Of a stretch of 34,283 bases of DNA, positions 8,512-18,246 are shown in pieces. The position numbers and the translations under genes were made by a program. Numbering within the stretch: the stretch's first letter is position 1; each line of letters opens with the position of its first letter. This DNA comes from an uncultured Gammaproteobacteria bacterium. Its GTDB lineage: Bacteria; Patescibacteriota; Patescibacteriia; 2-12-FULL-60-25. The DNA is taken from NCBI GenBank assembly GCA_964349535.1, contig CAYGGQ010000001.1, positions 1 through 34,283 of the forward strand, in the 5' to 3' direction. The notes under the pieces are model-generated. The model searched no databases. It was given only the letters and a program-made list of their open reading frames with translations, and was not told the DNA's origin.

Positions 8512-8532
8512 AGCGTTGCTCCGTTTTTTTAC

Positions 8533-10080
8533 TTACTCTGCCTGCGCGATCGTGACCGCCACTGGCTTCACCATGCCTATGTACTCGCGATACTTGGCAA
8601 CGTACTCTCGCGTTTCCTTCCTTAACGACGCGTATTCCTGCAATTGACGCTCCGTGACGACTTCTGTTTGCTGCTGCTTGGTCTCGGCGAGTGTGTTTTT
8701 GAGCGTCTTTACTTTTGTTGCGTCTGTTTCTCCTTGTAAAGCCGCTTTCGTTTTTTTGATCGTAGCCGCCAATTTTTTTTCTTGCGCCAACAACGTTTTC
8801 ACGTCTACGGGACGTGCCTTTGCCCACTCATCCTGCCATGCGGTAATCGCACGACGTGTCCGTATGATGCCGCCATTGTAGGCTGCCGCAAGATATTCAT
8901 TGACCTGTTCGGGGTTTGTGGAAAACCGCTCTCGAATTTCCTTCGGCAATTCGGCTAAACTTGAATCAAGATAAGCAATTTGCGCTCGAACCGCATTGCG
9001 CGGATCACGCATCCCCTTTTCAAAGTCCTTGATTAAATTGAGCTCTGTTCGCTTTGCAAAGGCCGCGTAGGTTTTAGGAATGAACTGCACTAATCCCAAA
9101 GCACCTGCCGTGGATTTGGAATAGGCGTACACGTCTTCTTGGTTTCCAGCCACGACCACGAAAAAGGGCTGCAACGCCTTTTCTTGATTTCGTACTAGAT
9201 CCGCATGGTCTGTGTGCTCAATCACCATAATCCCCTTTACCAAATCGGCGCTCACCACATCCGCCATTAACTGACCGGGAAACGCACGCGACCGGACACC
9301 GTCCTGCCGAAGCTTGTTGTAAGCATCGTTGATAAAACCATCCATCGTCTCCCGGCCGATCGCGAGCAGCTCTGGTGTCCTTAAAGCCACGGCGTCTGGC
9401 GTATACAAGACGTCCTGACCTTCATACACTTTTTTTCCCTGATACGTCACCTGCGTCACGATGGGATAAATCACCGCGACCACCGCTTTCCCATCGCCGA
9501 CCAGATATTCCGAATTCACGCCATTCGTGCGTTTCACTCTCACCGTTAAGTTGTGCGGATTTTTTAGTATCTTCACGGCAACACCAGACTTCAAAATCTC
9601 TACCAGTTGTATTTGATCCGTGACTCTATCCCAAACAGCGAGCGTGACGTCACGCGCCTCCTCTATTGTTTTATAGCGCTTGATGGTTTTGTCTGTTTTT
9701 TTTCGCTCCACGATCAACGCGGCGAGCTGCGCCCTCCCCCGTTGAATCGCAAGCCAAAGCCTGTCCTGTCGCGGATCTGCTCCCGTAACTTTACTCGCGA
9801 CACCGGTATCCACGAGTGGCAATGCCGTTCCGTTCAACAGGGCTAATAAATGTTCTCGCGTGGGTGCTTTGATGCCAGACGCTGGATGATAAAAAGTTCC
9901 GTCTGCCATCTGAAGCATCACGGGCTCCGTCTTCAACGATGCCTCTGCCGTGCTGGTCGACGCAGGAACAACGGATGCTAACGACGTTTCCGAGGACGCG
10001 ACCTCTGCAAAAGCTCTATACGGCATCAGACAACTGCCTGCAGCAGCAAAAAAAATAAGCGAGACGAGTTGAAAGCGCAT
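8533..10080 (-). CDS. Secreted lytic transglycosylase (SLT) domain protein.
   Basis: Signal peptide MRFQLVSLIFFAAAGSCLMPYRAFA. SLT-like motifs SKSTAGALGLVQFIPKTY and AAAYNGG are present. Confidence 0.7.
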   Translation of the reverse strand: MRFQLVSLIFFAAAGSCLMPYRAFAEVASSETSLASVVPASTSTAEASLKTEPVMLQMADGTFYHPASGIKAPTREHLLALLNGTALPLVDTGVASKVTGADPRQDRLWLAIQRGRAQLAALIVERKKTDKTIKRYKTIEEARDVTLAVWDRVTDQIQLVEILKSGVAVKILKNPHNLTVRVKRTNGVNSEYLVGDGKAVVAVIYPIVTQVTYQGKKVYEGQDVLYTPDAVALRTPELLAIGRETMDGFINDAYNKLRQDGVRSRAFPGQLMADVVSADLVKGIMVIEHTDHADLVRNQEKALQPFFVVVAGNQEDVYAYSKSTAGALGLVQFIPKTYAAFAKRTELNLIKDFEKGMRDPRNAVRAQIAYLDSSLAELPKEIRERFSTNPEQVNEYLAAAYNGGIIRTRRAITAWQDEWAKARPVDVKTLLAQEKKLAATIKKTKAALQGETDATKVKTLKNTLAETKQQQTEVVTERQLQEYASLRKETREYVAKYREYIGMVKPVAVTIAQAE

Positions 10081-10116
10081 ACAACTGACTATATTAGCGT
10101 TTGCGCAGACAACTGT

Positions 10117-10683
10117 CTAGCGGGAAGAAGGGGGGCGTAGGCGACGTTCTCGTTGCGAAATCAACCGCAACGCCTTAGAGAGCAGCCTGTCTAAATTACG
10201 GTAGCCGCTCGTATCAAACGCCTCATGCGCACGTACCCATGAAGCGATCCAAATAGCCCCTTCCCCGGTCATGATTTCTTTTGCGTCTGCCGGTGCTTCA
10301 AACAAGAAAAAATGAACCGTTTTTTCAATCAACGTGCCCTCACTCCGAAAACGAAAAGAGGTTCGGCCGATCGGCGCGATAAATCGTAACCGATCGAGTC
10401 CCGTTTCCTCCTTAATTTCACGTACAGCCGTTTCAACAAGATTTTCTCCTAATTCCTGATGCCCCTTTGGGAAGGTCCATCGTTCGTAAGGGTCTTGAAT
10501 GAAAAAAATCTCGAGATGACCAGCGCGCCGACGATAAATAATGCCACCAGCGGAGACTTCCCGACGAAAAGCCGCTTTACGGCTTTGTCGATGTGGCCTT
10601 GACGGGCGTGGCGGGTGTGGACGTCGCGGTGCCTGTGAGGACGGCGATGGCGTAGTCGAGTTGTGGATCTCGCTTGGCGTCAT
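10117..10683 (-). CDS. NUDIX hydrolase.
   Basis: Nudix box GHQELGENLVETAVREIKEETGL. The start is uncertain. The only in-frame start I see is ATG 10683, which overlaps the upstream S41 peptidase gene by 107 nt. Confidence 0.75.
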   Translation of the reverse strand: MTPSEIHNSTTPSPSSQAPRRPHPPRPSRPHRQSRKAAFRREVSAGGIIYRRRAGHLEIFFIQDPYERWTFPKGHQELGENLVETAVREIKEETGLDRLRFIAPIGRTSFRFRSEGTLIEKTVHFFLFEAPADAKEIMTGEGAIWIASWVRAHEAFDTSGYRNLDRLLSKALRLISQRERRLRPPSSR

Positions 10684-11884
10684 AATCTTCTGGCGTGCGT
10701 TCTACAACAATGTCGGGCTCTAAGCCGGCCTTGTTGATGGTTCGTTCTTTTGGCGTCACCCATTCCGCGATGGTGATCTTCACGCCGGAACCATCTTTAA
10801 AATCTTGGTAATCCTGAACGGATCCCTTCCCAAATGTCTTGGTGCCTAGGATAGTCGCTTGTCCGTGATCCTGCAAGGCGCCCGCCACAATTTCGGAAGC
10901 GCTTGCTGATCCTTGATTCACTAAAACGATCGTGGGCACTCCCGCTAGGAATGCCGGACCTCTTCCACGCAGTTCCTGTATGATCTCCCCTTGCGCGCGC
11001 TCCTTGACGACGAGGTTCTCCCCAACCCATGCCCCCGCAACGATAAGAGAAGTCTCCAAAAAACCTCCTGGGTCATTGCGTAAATCCAATATGATGCCTT
11101 TCACGTTTTTTTGTTGACGGATCTTATTTACCGCCTCCATAAAGCCTGCTTCCGTGTCTCCGTTAAAATGCGTCATCTCGATATAGGCGATGCCTTGTGG
11201 CAGCATTTTGAAACGCACACTCTTAATCTGAATTTGATCGCGCGTGAGCGTTACATCAAACGGAGGTTTTTTCTGACTTGGACGAAAAATGGTCAACGTT
11301 ACCTTGGTTCCGCGAGGACCTCGAATCAAGCTCACGGCTTTTTCCGTCGTCATCCCAACGGTTTCTTCTTTGTTGATTTTGATGATCGCGTCACCCGAAA
11401 GCAAGCCCGCTCGTTCAGCCGGCGTATCTGGCAACGGAGCGATCACTTGCAGCTGATCATCTTTAATGCCGATCTCGGCACCAATGCCTTCAAATTTTCC
11501 ATTCAGTGCCTCACGAAATTCCGCAGCACCTTTTGGTTCAAAGTAGGTGGTATAAGGATCCCCCAAGCTCCCAGCAAGTCCCGCCATGGCTCCATAAAAA
11601 AGCGTTTTGTCCGTGACGGGCTTCAGATAATATTTCTCTTTTAGGATCTGCCACAAATCCCAGAATTGTCGAAAATCAACGTCCTGCAATTCAAAATCTT
11701 GAGGCGTTGGGTCGCCAACCCCAATGATTTGCCCCGTGCCTGGCACGCGAAAGGTCAGCGCCTTGGCAAGCACCCCTGTCCGATCATGAAAGACATAACC
11801 GCCCAAACCAAAACCAACTACGAAGACGGCCAGCAGGCTCAAGATAGCCGCGGCGTATTTCTGCATAAAGGACTGATGGGACAT
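10577..11884 (-). CDS. S41 family C-terminal processing peptidase.
   Basis: N-terminal TM segment, a PDZ-like region, LVNQGSASASEIVAGALQD and TFGKGSVQ. Confidence 0.85.
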   Translation of the reverse strand: MSHQSFMQKYAAAILSLLAVFVVGFGLGGYVFHDRTGVLAKALTFRVPGTGQIIGVGDPTPQDFELQDVDFRQFWDLWQILKEKYYLKPVTDKTLFYGAMAGLAGSLGDPYTTYFEPKGAAEFREALNGKFEGIGAEIGIKDDQLQVIAPLPDTPAERAGLLSGDAIIKINKEETVGMTTEKAVSLIRGPRGTKVTLTIFRPSQKKPPFDVTLTRDQIQIKSVRFKMLPQGIAYIEMTHFNGDTEAGFMEAVNKIRQQKNVKGIILDLRNDPGGFLETSLIVAGAWVGENLVVKERAQGEIIQELRGRGPAFLAGVPTIVLVNQGSASASEIVAGALQDHGQATILGTKTFGKGSVQDYQDFKDGSGVKITIAEWVTPKERTINKAGLEPDIVVERTPEDYDAKRDPQLDYAIAVLTGTATSTPATPVKATSTKP

Positions 11885-11894
11885 AAAATTTATT

Positions 11895-13163
11895 TTACTC
11901 TTTGATCAAACGGATATCCGCACCGACCGCCTGCAAGCGTTCGTCCAGTGCTTCGTATCCACGATACACCATTTCCGCATCATGGATGATGGTCTCCCCT
12001 TCTGCAATAAGCCCAGCAAGCACCATCGTCACTCCGGCGCGAATATCAAGACTTCGAATTTCCGTGCCACGCAACGTCGTTGGTCCGCTGATCACGGCAC
12101 GATGCGGGTCCGCGATGATCGCGTTTGCCCCCATTTTGATAAGCTCGTGGAGATAACCAAGACGGGCTTCAAATAAAGGGTCGTGAATTAAAGAAACGCC
12201 GTGACACTGGGTCGCGAGCAAACCAAAGGGGGCTTGTAGATCTGTAGGAAACCCCGGATAAATCATGCTCTGTAACTTAAAGGCGTTCATACGACCAATG
12301 CCCTGCACGCGAAAACTTTTTCCTGACTGTTCATGATGAATACCGATGCGGGTCAGCGTCGTACGTAAAGCATCAAGATGCTCTGGGATCACGGGGTCCA
12401 TCTCGATATCGCCATGCGTCAAAGCTGCGGCCACGGCAAACGTGCCGACTTCCAACATGTCTGGAATAACGTTCCAGGCTTTTTTTGACGCCTGCAAAGA
12501 ACGCACACCTGTGATTTCTAAATCGTGCGTCCCAATCCCCTTGATTTTAGCGCCCGCCGCATTCAAAAAACGACAAAGATCTTGGACGTGAGGTTCCGCC
12601 GCTGCCAAACGCACGGACGTGTGTCCTTGAGCTGTTACCGCCGCCATAATTAAATTTTCGGTAGCCGTCACGCTAAACTCTGGCAAAACAATGTAGCCAC
12701 CGACCAACTGTTTTGTTTGCAAGCGCAGTCCTCGTCGGTCTTCGTCTGTTTCGACCGTCGCGCCCAATGCTTGAAGTGCGAACAAATGCGTATCGATCGG
12801 ACGATTCCCGATAATGTCGCCACCTGGTTCTGGAACCACCATTTTTTTAAAACGCGCCAACATCGGTCCTAACAGCAAAATCGAGAAACGAATTTGCTTC
12901 ATGGTTTTTTTATCCAACTTTGATGGATCTATTTCCTTTGTATCGATCAAAAGCTCATGCGGACCCAACCATTCGACGCGCGCTCCCATCTTTTCCAAAA
13001 TCTCCAAAAGACGTAGCACATCCAAGATACGAGGAACGTTTTTAAATCGAACGGGACCTTGAACGATAAGACTGGATGCAATCAAAGGACCAATCGCATT
13101 TTTTGAACCATTAATCGGAACACGGCCTCGGAGATGGTTCCCGCCTTGGATCAACATGCGCAT
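11895..13163 (-). CDS. murA: UDP-N-acetylglucosamine 1-carboxyvinyltransferase.
   Basis: ORF 11895..13316 trimmed to ATG 13163 (MRMLIQGGNHLRGRVPINGSKNAIGPLIAS...). The result is 422 aa, the typical MurA length and N-terminus. Confidence 0.9.
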   Translation of the reverse strand: MRMLIQGGNHLRGRVPINGSKNAIGPLIASSLIVQGPVRFKNVPRILDVLRLLEILEKMGARVEWLGPHELLIDTKEIDPSKLDKKTMKQIRFSILLLGPMLARFKKMVVPEPGGDIIGNRPIDTHLFALQALGATVETDEDRRGLRLQTKQLVGGYIVLPEFSVTATENLIMAAVTAQGHTSVRLAAAEPHVQDLCRFLNAAGAKIKGIGTHDLEITGVRSLQASKKAWNVIPDMLEVGTFAVAAALTHGDIEMDPVIPEHLDALRTTLTRIGIHHEQSGKSFRVQGIGRMNAFKLQSMIYPGFPTDLQAPFGLLATQCHGVSLIHDPLFEARLGYLHELIKMGANAIIADPHRAVISGPTTLRGTEIRSLDIRAGVTMVLAGLIAEGETIIHDAEMVYRGYEALDERLQAVGADIRLIKE

Positions 13164-13227
13164 AGGAGAAGAAGTAATGACGAAAAATCTTTCCCAGTGT
13201 ACCCTCTCCTTATCACCCTGTCGAGAC

Positions 13228-14562
13228 ATGCCCCAACCTTCTTTGTTTCGAAAAATACTGCCTTGGTTATTCGTCGCCGTCTTTTTCCTTTGTGCCCCCG
13301 TGCTTCTTTTGTACACCTCGGGGTATCGTTATAATACAAAAAAGAACCAAGTCGAACGGAACGGGACCATCATCCTCGACTCAACGCCAAGCAACGCTCG
13401 TATTTTTTTGGATGGAAAGATGATGAGCGCGACCACGCCAACAACCCTTCAAAACATTACTCCCGGTTGGCACCACCTCCGTATTGAAAAAGCCGACTAT
13501 ACAAGTTGGAGTAAAAATTTAGAAATTCACGCGGAGCAGGCGGTGTTTGCTAACAATATTTGGCTTTGGAAAAAAATCTCTTCCCCTGCTCCTCTGGTCG
13601 TTGGTGGGCCCCTGACACGCCTTAAAGCAGATCCGTTAGATCGACATCTTGGGTTTTTAATGGAGACGAGCACCTCGACGCAGATTGGTTTTTGGATCCC
13701 CGATTTATTATCCTCCTCTGCCCTCATCGCCGTACCACCCCTGTCGCGCGCCACCTCTTCCCTTGCCATACTGTCTTCTCTGCGCTGGAACGATGATGGG
13801 CGCTACTTGATCGTGGGTGGCACCACGCTGAACGAGCCCGCCTGGTGGTCTGGGGTAGAGGCTAGCAGTCGTCATGTACAGGCTTTACCCTCTGGACTGT
13901 ACCGCTGGTCTGGTAAAGAGCTCGTAGGGTCTGATCTACAAGCACACTACCGTTTAACCCCTCAAACAGGGGCCTTCAGCCGCACCACCATTCGCGATCC
14001 ACTTCTCCTCGATGAAGAAGGCTCCTACTCGCTCAACAGAAGTACCACAACTCACTCCCTTGTTTTAACGGACCGACTCTTGTGGAACCGTTTTTTTTCA
14101 CTCCCCTCAGGCAATTGGCGTTTCATGGAACGGCAACGCGCGTTTCTCCTCTTGCATGATCAAGATCGTTGGCTTGCGATCAATCCACAGTGGTATCGTG
14201 AACCCTACGCGGGGCGCCTCACCGGTGATGAACCTCGTTGGCTGCCAGACGCTAAAATTCCAACAGCCCTCTTCCTCAATCAAAATGAGCTTTGGTTGTG
14301 GGCGTTGGGTGACGAGCCCACCCTGCTGTGGCGTCAAAGCGATCCCCTCATTCAGGCAGCCTGGCATCGCGGCGGTGAGACCGTTTTTGTCGCGACGTCA
14401 CGCACCCTTTTCGCTCTTGATCTGGATGATCGAGATGGACGTCTTACGACACCCATCGCCGCCTTCGATCAAATCTACGATTTCACCATCCTCGACAAGG
14501 TTCTCTATGTTGCGGCGCGTAAAGACGATCAACGCGGACTTTGGAAAATTGAGGTCGAGTAA
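13228..14562 (+). CDS. PEGA domain-containing membrane-anchored protein.
   Basis: ORF 13156..14562. ATG 13228 (MPQPSLFRKILPWLFVAVFFL...) is preferred because earlier starts overlap the murA start. A PEGA-like block reads GTIILDSTPSNARIFLDGKMMSATTPTTLQNITPGWHHLRIEKADY. Confidence 0.65.
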   Translation: MPQPSLFRKILPWLFVAVFFLCAPVLLLYTSGYRYNTKKNQVERNGTIILDSTPSNARIFLDGKMMSATTPTTLQNITPGWHHLRIEKADYTSWSKNLEIHAEQAVFANNIWLWKKISSPAPLVVGGPLTRLKADPLDRHLGFLMETSTSTQIGFWIPDLLSSSALIAVPPLSRATSSLAILSSLRWNDDGRYLIVGGTTLNEPAWWSGVEASSRHVQALPSGLYRWSGKELVGSDLQAHYRLTPQTGAFSRTTIRDPLLLDEEGSYSLNRSTTTHSLVLTDRLLWNRFFSLPSGNWRFMERQRAFLLLHDQDRWLAINPQWYREPYAGRLTGDEPRWLPDAKIPTALFLNQNELWLWALGDEPTLLWRQSDPLIQAAWHRGGETVFVATSRTLFALDLDDRDGRLTTPIAAFDQIYDFTILDKVLYVAARKDDQRGLWKIEVE

Positions 14563-14957
14563 ATGCTCTTCGCGATTTCTCGTGCCTGCTCATCGGAATC
14601 ATACGTTTTTCCAGGCCAGTGTTTCAAACCATCATCCGCGTAGCGTGGAATGATGTGGATATGGAGATGCGGAATCACCTGACCCGCGACCGAACCTTCA
14701 TTCTGTTCCAGATTGAACCCTTCCACCTGAAGCCCCTCCTTGATCGCCCGCGCAATTTTTTGTGTTGCTATGATCCAGTGCTGTGCCGTTTCCGAGTCAC
14801 AGTCTAAAAACCCTTGGCAGTGTTTTTTTGGTACCACAAGCGTGTGGCCCAAGTTGATGGGATGAATATCAAGAAAAGCGTATACAAAGTCATCTTCGTA
14901 AACGGGAACAGAGGGGATTTTTTTGGCAATGATTTTACAAAAAAGGCAATCCGTCAT
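14529..14957 (-). CDS. HIT family (histidine triad) protein.
   Basis: Histidine triad HLHIHIIPR with N-terminus CLFCKI. Its 3' end overlaps the convergent PEGA gene by 34 nt. Confidence 0.9.
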   Translation of the reverse strand: MTDCLFCKIIAKKIPSVPVYEDDFVYAFLDIHPINLGHTLVVPKKHCQGFLDCDSETAQHWIIATQKIARAIKEGLQVEGFNLEQNEGSVAGQVIPHLHIHIIPRYADDGLKHWPGKTYDSDEQAREIAKSIYSTSIFQSPR

Positions 14958-14963
14958 ACCGCA

Positions 14964-15152
14964 CTACTCTACTCCTGTTATGGCCGTGAGAAAAGAAAGG
15001 ACGCCTGCAAGCACCACGACCCAAAACAAATCTAAAAATGGTAGAACGGATCCCGGGGTCAGCCTCTCCATAACGGTTAACACAACGGCAAGAACAACCA
15101 CGGCATAGGCGGTTTGACGTAAAAAAACTCGACACCCCGTAGCAATCGTCAT
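14964..15152 (-). CDS. Small two-TM membrane protein (62 aa).
   Basis: ORF 14964..15200 trimmed to ATG 15152, which forms an ATGA overlap with the upstream stop. Confidence 0.5.
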   Translation of the reverse strand: MTIATGCRVFLRQTAYAVVVLAVVLTVMERLTPGSVLPFLDLFWVVVLAGVLSFLTAITGVE

Positions 15153-16609
15153 AGTCGTTTTAACATACTCACGATCTCTTCCTTTAATGTTTGCGCCCAA
15201 TCCTCCCAGCGGACAGCAGGTCGTTCGTAACGTAATTGAACACTTCTGATATCCAAAGCACCATTTCTAGAAAGAATCGCCGGAAGAGAAAGAGAAAACT
15301 TTAATCGATCGGGTAACGGTCTCGTCAGGTCAAATGTCGTATGCAGTTTCCACCAGCCATCCCCCAAGGATTCAGGCTGTTGATAGGGAGTCACGATGGC
15401 ATCAATCCCTTCTTCTAACGGAAGCGAGGCGTCCGTGAGGCGACGTGGATAGGGTAAAAACAGTGTCTCGGGCGACAAAGCGACATACCCATCCCCGATC
15501 ACTCTTACGTCCCCTTGCGGCAAGGTCAGCGTGACAGGACCTCGCCGTTCCGTAGGCAGACGACTCAAAGGATACGCCTGATGTGTTTTCAATATTTTCA
15601 CCGTCGCCTGCCCCAAGTGAACGGCTTGTAGCCCTTCTGGATGCACCGTTTGTACATTGATGTGTTGCGAGTTGGTCCATACGCGAAGTCCCGCGGATGT
15701 AGTCGCGTACCCAACGTTATCACCGACGTAAAAGCGCGAACCAAACACCCAATGCCTTGCCGATGTCGCGATGCGGCGTATAAAAACATCGTCGTCCATA
15801 ATCAACGAGAGACGATACACGCCGGCCTTCAGATTTCCGATATGAACCTCCTTTCGAAAGGTCTGGTCCGGACGGGTATCGAAACGTCCACTGGAGGCAA
15901 CAGCCTCCGTCCAGACGGTCTCCTCCCCACGACTCACGCGAATCGCGACGATACTTCCACCGCGTTTTCGGTTGACGTCTTGCAGATCGAACTCAAAGTT
16001 GATTTCTCCATCTGTAGGAATGAGATAGAGGTCATGCGCTCCGCGTAGTGAAACGTTGTATTCGCGCGTCATGGCAGATGCATCCATCCTCTCTGGAACG
16101 GTTGTGGTCGCGTGCCAGAAAAGAAGTCGATCGGGATCTGTCGTCAATAACGCTTCGTCAGGTACGCCGTCTCTCACATACCCATGCACGCCTTGCTTGA
16201 CGACCGGATGCCATCCTTTGCTTAATGCTTCGCTCCAAAACGGATGCATTTCAAACGCAAACGTAGCGGGGTCGCGCAACACGCCAAACTCGACCAGCGG
16301 TTGTCGTGTCGGTCGCGCTTCCATCGTCACTTCGACCTGATCGTAGGGCCCAGGCAAGCGGGCACTTGCATAAACGGGTTCATGAAAAATCCGCTGACCT
16401 ATCCATCCCTCTGGCTGCAAGCCTGGTGGCGTCACGCGCTGACCGGGTAAAAAAGCGTCTAACCATGGACTCGTTCCATCAGCGACAAAACGATAGGTCG
16501 TGACACCACTCGGAGGAAATCGCAATAGACACAACCAAACAAGGACGCCGCAAACGGCGAACCATGGAATGACCAGAAGAGGCCAAGCAATCCAGCGCGA
16601 TAAGGTCAT
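15149..16609 (-). CDS. Hypothetical membrane-anchored protein.
   Basis: ORF 15149..16690 trimmed to ATG 16609 (MTLSRWIAWPLLVIPWFAV...), which forms an ATGA overlap with the GT-C gene stop. Confidence 0.6.
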   Translation of the reverse strand: MTLSRWIAWPLLVIPWFAVCGVLVWLCLLRFPPSGVTTYRFVADGTSPWLDAFLPGQRVTPPGLQPEGWIGQRIFHEPVYASARLPGPYDQVEVTMEARPTRQPLVEFGVLRDPATFAFEMHPFWSEALSKGWHPVVKQGVHGYVRDGVPDEALLTTDPDRLLFWHATTTVPERMDASAMTREYNVSLRGAHDLYLIPTDGEINFEFDLQDVNRKRGGSIVAIRVSRGEETVWTEAVASSGRFDTRPDQTFRKEVHIGNLKAGVYRLSLIMDDDVFIRRIATSARHWVFGSRFYVGDNVGYATTSAGLRVWTNSQHINVQTVHPEGLQAVHLGQATVKILKTHQAYPLSRLPTERRGPVTLTLPQGDVRVIGDGYVALSPETLFLPYPRRLTDASLPLEEGIDAIVTPYQQPESLGDGWWKLHTTFDLTRPLPDRLKFSLSLPAILSRNGALDIRSVQLRYERPAVRWEDWAQTLKEEIVSMLKRL

Positions 16610-18186
16610 GGGAGGGTCAGCACTAAACGATAAAGACGCTCGCGACCAAAAGATGCAAGTTCCTGTGCTTCTACACCAACGGCATACCACGCATCTTTTT
16701 CAGCTTGTGACAGTGGACGGACAAAAAGCCCTACCCGCAGACCTGTCCGCTGACGCAACCAACGCGCAACCGCCTGCTTATTTGGTAGTGGAGATACCGC
16801 GCGAAACAGTGGGAAAAATATTTTGTCGGAACGTTCTGATAAAATAAGATCTCCGGGAGAAAACAGTTGCTGGACATCACTTCGAATCGTTGAGTACCGA
16901 ATGAGTTCTTTTCGCGTATACAGCAAACCCTCATCATCTGCTCCCAACGCCTGAAAAATACCAAAGAGGGACACACAGGTAGCAAGCGAGGGCAGCAACC
17001 ATGGAACAAATCGCTTCCACCGTACGCGTATCCAGATGTAAGCAAAACCCAAACCACCAAGCCATGCGACGGGTAAAAAATATCGAAGAAAGGAATTACC
17101 TATCGTTGCCGTGACCGGACCAAAGCGATCGCGATAGAGACCGCTTCCGTAGATGATGAATAAAACAAGGAGGGTCCACGCAGACAGCCAGACGATCGCC
17201 TCACGTCGTCTGATCGCCGCTCTCTGCTGACGCAGCCAAAAATAGGTACACGCGACGCCGCCCATGACAAAAGTCCATAACCACAGCTTTTGAATAAAGA
17301 ACGTCCAGACATTCCAGAGCGCAATTTTTATGTTCAATCCATAGGGGAGCCAAGGCTGCGCTGATGTTGGTACCACCTCTGGCGCAATAGTCAGCGTTGG
17401 CGCTTGATCCAGCGGGGTGACATTACCAAGCGCATGATAACCAAACTCAAAGAATGAACCGTAGGCGCCCCGAGCAAGCACAGCCAGCGGGAGCAGAACG
17501 CATGTCGCTCCTATGGCTAACGCCCATCGCTCACGCCTCGTGGGTCGCCAGGACCAACCTGCCCAAACAAACCAAGGCAACAGCCACAACAATTCGATCG
17601 GCCGTATTGCTACCGTGATGGCTAAAAGACACCCCAACCCCACGACAGTCCACTCCCGTACGCGATGTGTTTGAACATAATCAATCCAGAACAGACACCA
17701 AATGCTAAGCGCGATGAAGCCGGTGTTTGGAAATAAACTACGATTCGCATAAAGAATCACCGTCGGGAAGGTGTAGGCGACGAGTGTTCCCCACCAAGCT
17801 CCCGAAAAACCAAAACGACGTAACAGACGGTAAAAAGGCCAGACCGAAGAAAGGAGAATCAGCATCCCCACCCACGGAAGCGCGCCAATACCTACAAACC
17901 AAACAAAAAAAGATAGAAGAAAAGGCCAGCCTAAAAAACCAACCGGAACAATCTCATTTCCCGCACTGATCCAGCTTCGGGGATGTACCCATGGATGCGC
18001 TCTCGCCAAAGGCTCTTGGATCGATGCTTGACCGGTGTGGGCAATCTGATAGGCAGCTATGGCCGTAGCCGTCTCGTCAGGTGAGGAGAAGATCCGAGAA
18101 CCAAGGGACGGGAGGATGCTATATAAAAGACCCAAGCCGATCATCAGACCTAAAAACGCGAACCTCTCTTTTTTGTTCACGGCCAT
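16606..18186 (-). CDS. GT-C fold membrane glycosyltransferase (ArnT/PMT, GT39-like).
   Basis: 526-aa polytopic protein with an early-loop acidic motif SSPDETATAIAAYQ. The family call rests on topology and that motif only. Confidence 0.55.
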   Translation of the reverse strand: MAVNKKERFAFLGLMIGLGLLYSILPSLGSRIFSSPDETATAIAAYQIAHTGQASIQEPLARAHPWVHPRSWISAGNEIVPVGFLGWPFLLSFFVWFVGIGALPWVGMLILLSSVWPFYRLLRRFGFSGAWWGTLVAYTFPTVILYANRSLFPNTGFIALSIWCLFWIDYVQTHRVREWTVVGLGCLLAITVAIRPIELLWLLPWFVWAGWSWRPTRRERWALAIGATCVLLPLAVLARGAYGSFFEFGYHALGNVTPLDQAPTLTIAPEVVPTSAQPWLPYGLNIKIALWNVWTFFIQKLWLWTFVMGGVACTYFWLRQQRAAIRRREAIVWLSAWTLLVLFIIYGSGLYRDRFGPVTATIGNSFLRYFLPVAWLGGLGFAYIWIRVRWKRFVPWLLPSLATCVSLFGIFQALGADDEGLLYTRKELIRYSTIRSDVQQLFSPGDLILSERSDKIFFPLFRAVSPLPNKQAVARWLRQRTGLRVGLFVRPLSQAEKDAWYAVGVEAQELASFGRERLYRLVLTLP

Positions 18187-18246
18187 GCCCTACAGTTTAA
18201 TGGAAGACCCTTCATCATTCAACCTCCACATGCTAAGATAAGGTCT

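Noticed and set aside
10577-10683. 107-nt overlap between the NUDIX N-terminus (Pro/Arg/Ser-rich) and the S41 peptidase C-terminus, considered as a possible programmed overlap or frameshift.
   Set aside because: The more likely explanation is an unrecognised non-canonical NUDIX start, or a low-complexity tail of the peptidase. I cannot discriminate between these without homologue alignments.
11111-11644. 177-aa plus-strand ORF.
   Set aside because: It is antisense to the well-supported S41 peptidase gene.
13164-13316. N-terminal extension of murA (MYKRSTGAQRKK...) and the early starts of the PEGA ORF at 13156 and 13177.
   Set aside because: The extensions of the two divergent genes would overlap each other. 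The MurA N-terminus MRMLIQGGNHLRG matches the family start.
14529-14562. 34-nt convergent overlap of the PEGA and HIT gene 3' ends.
   Set aside because: It is real in the sequence but common in compact genomes, and there is no additional structure to interpret.
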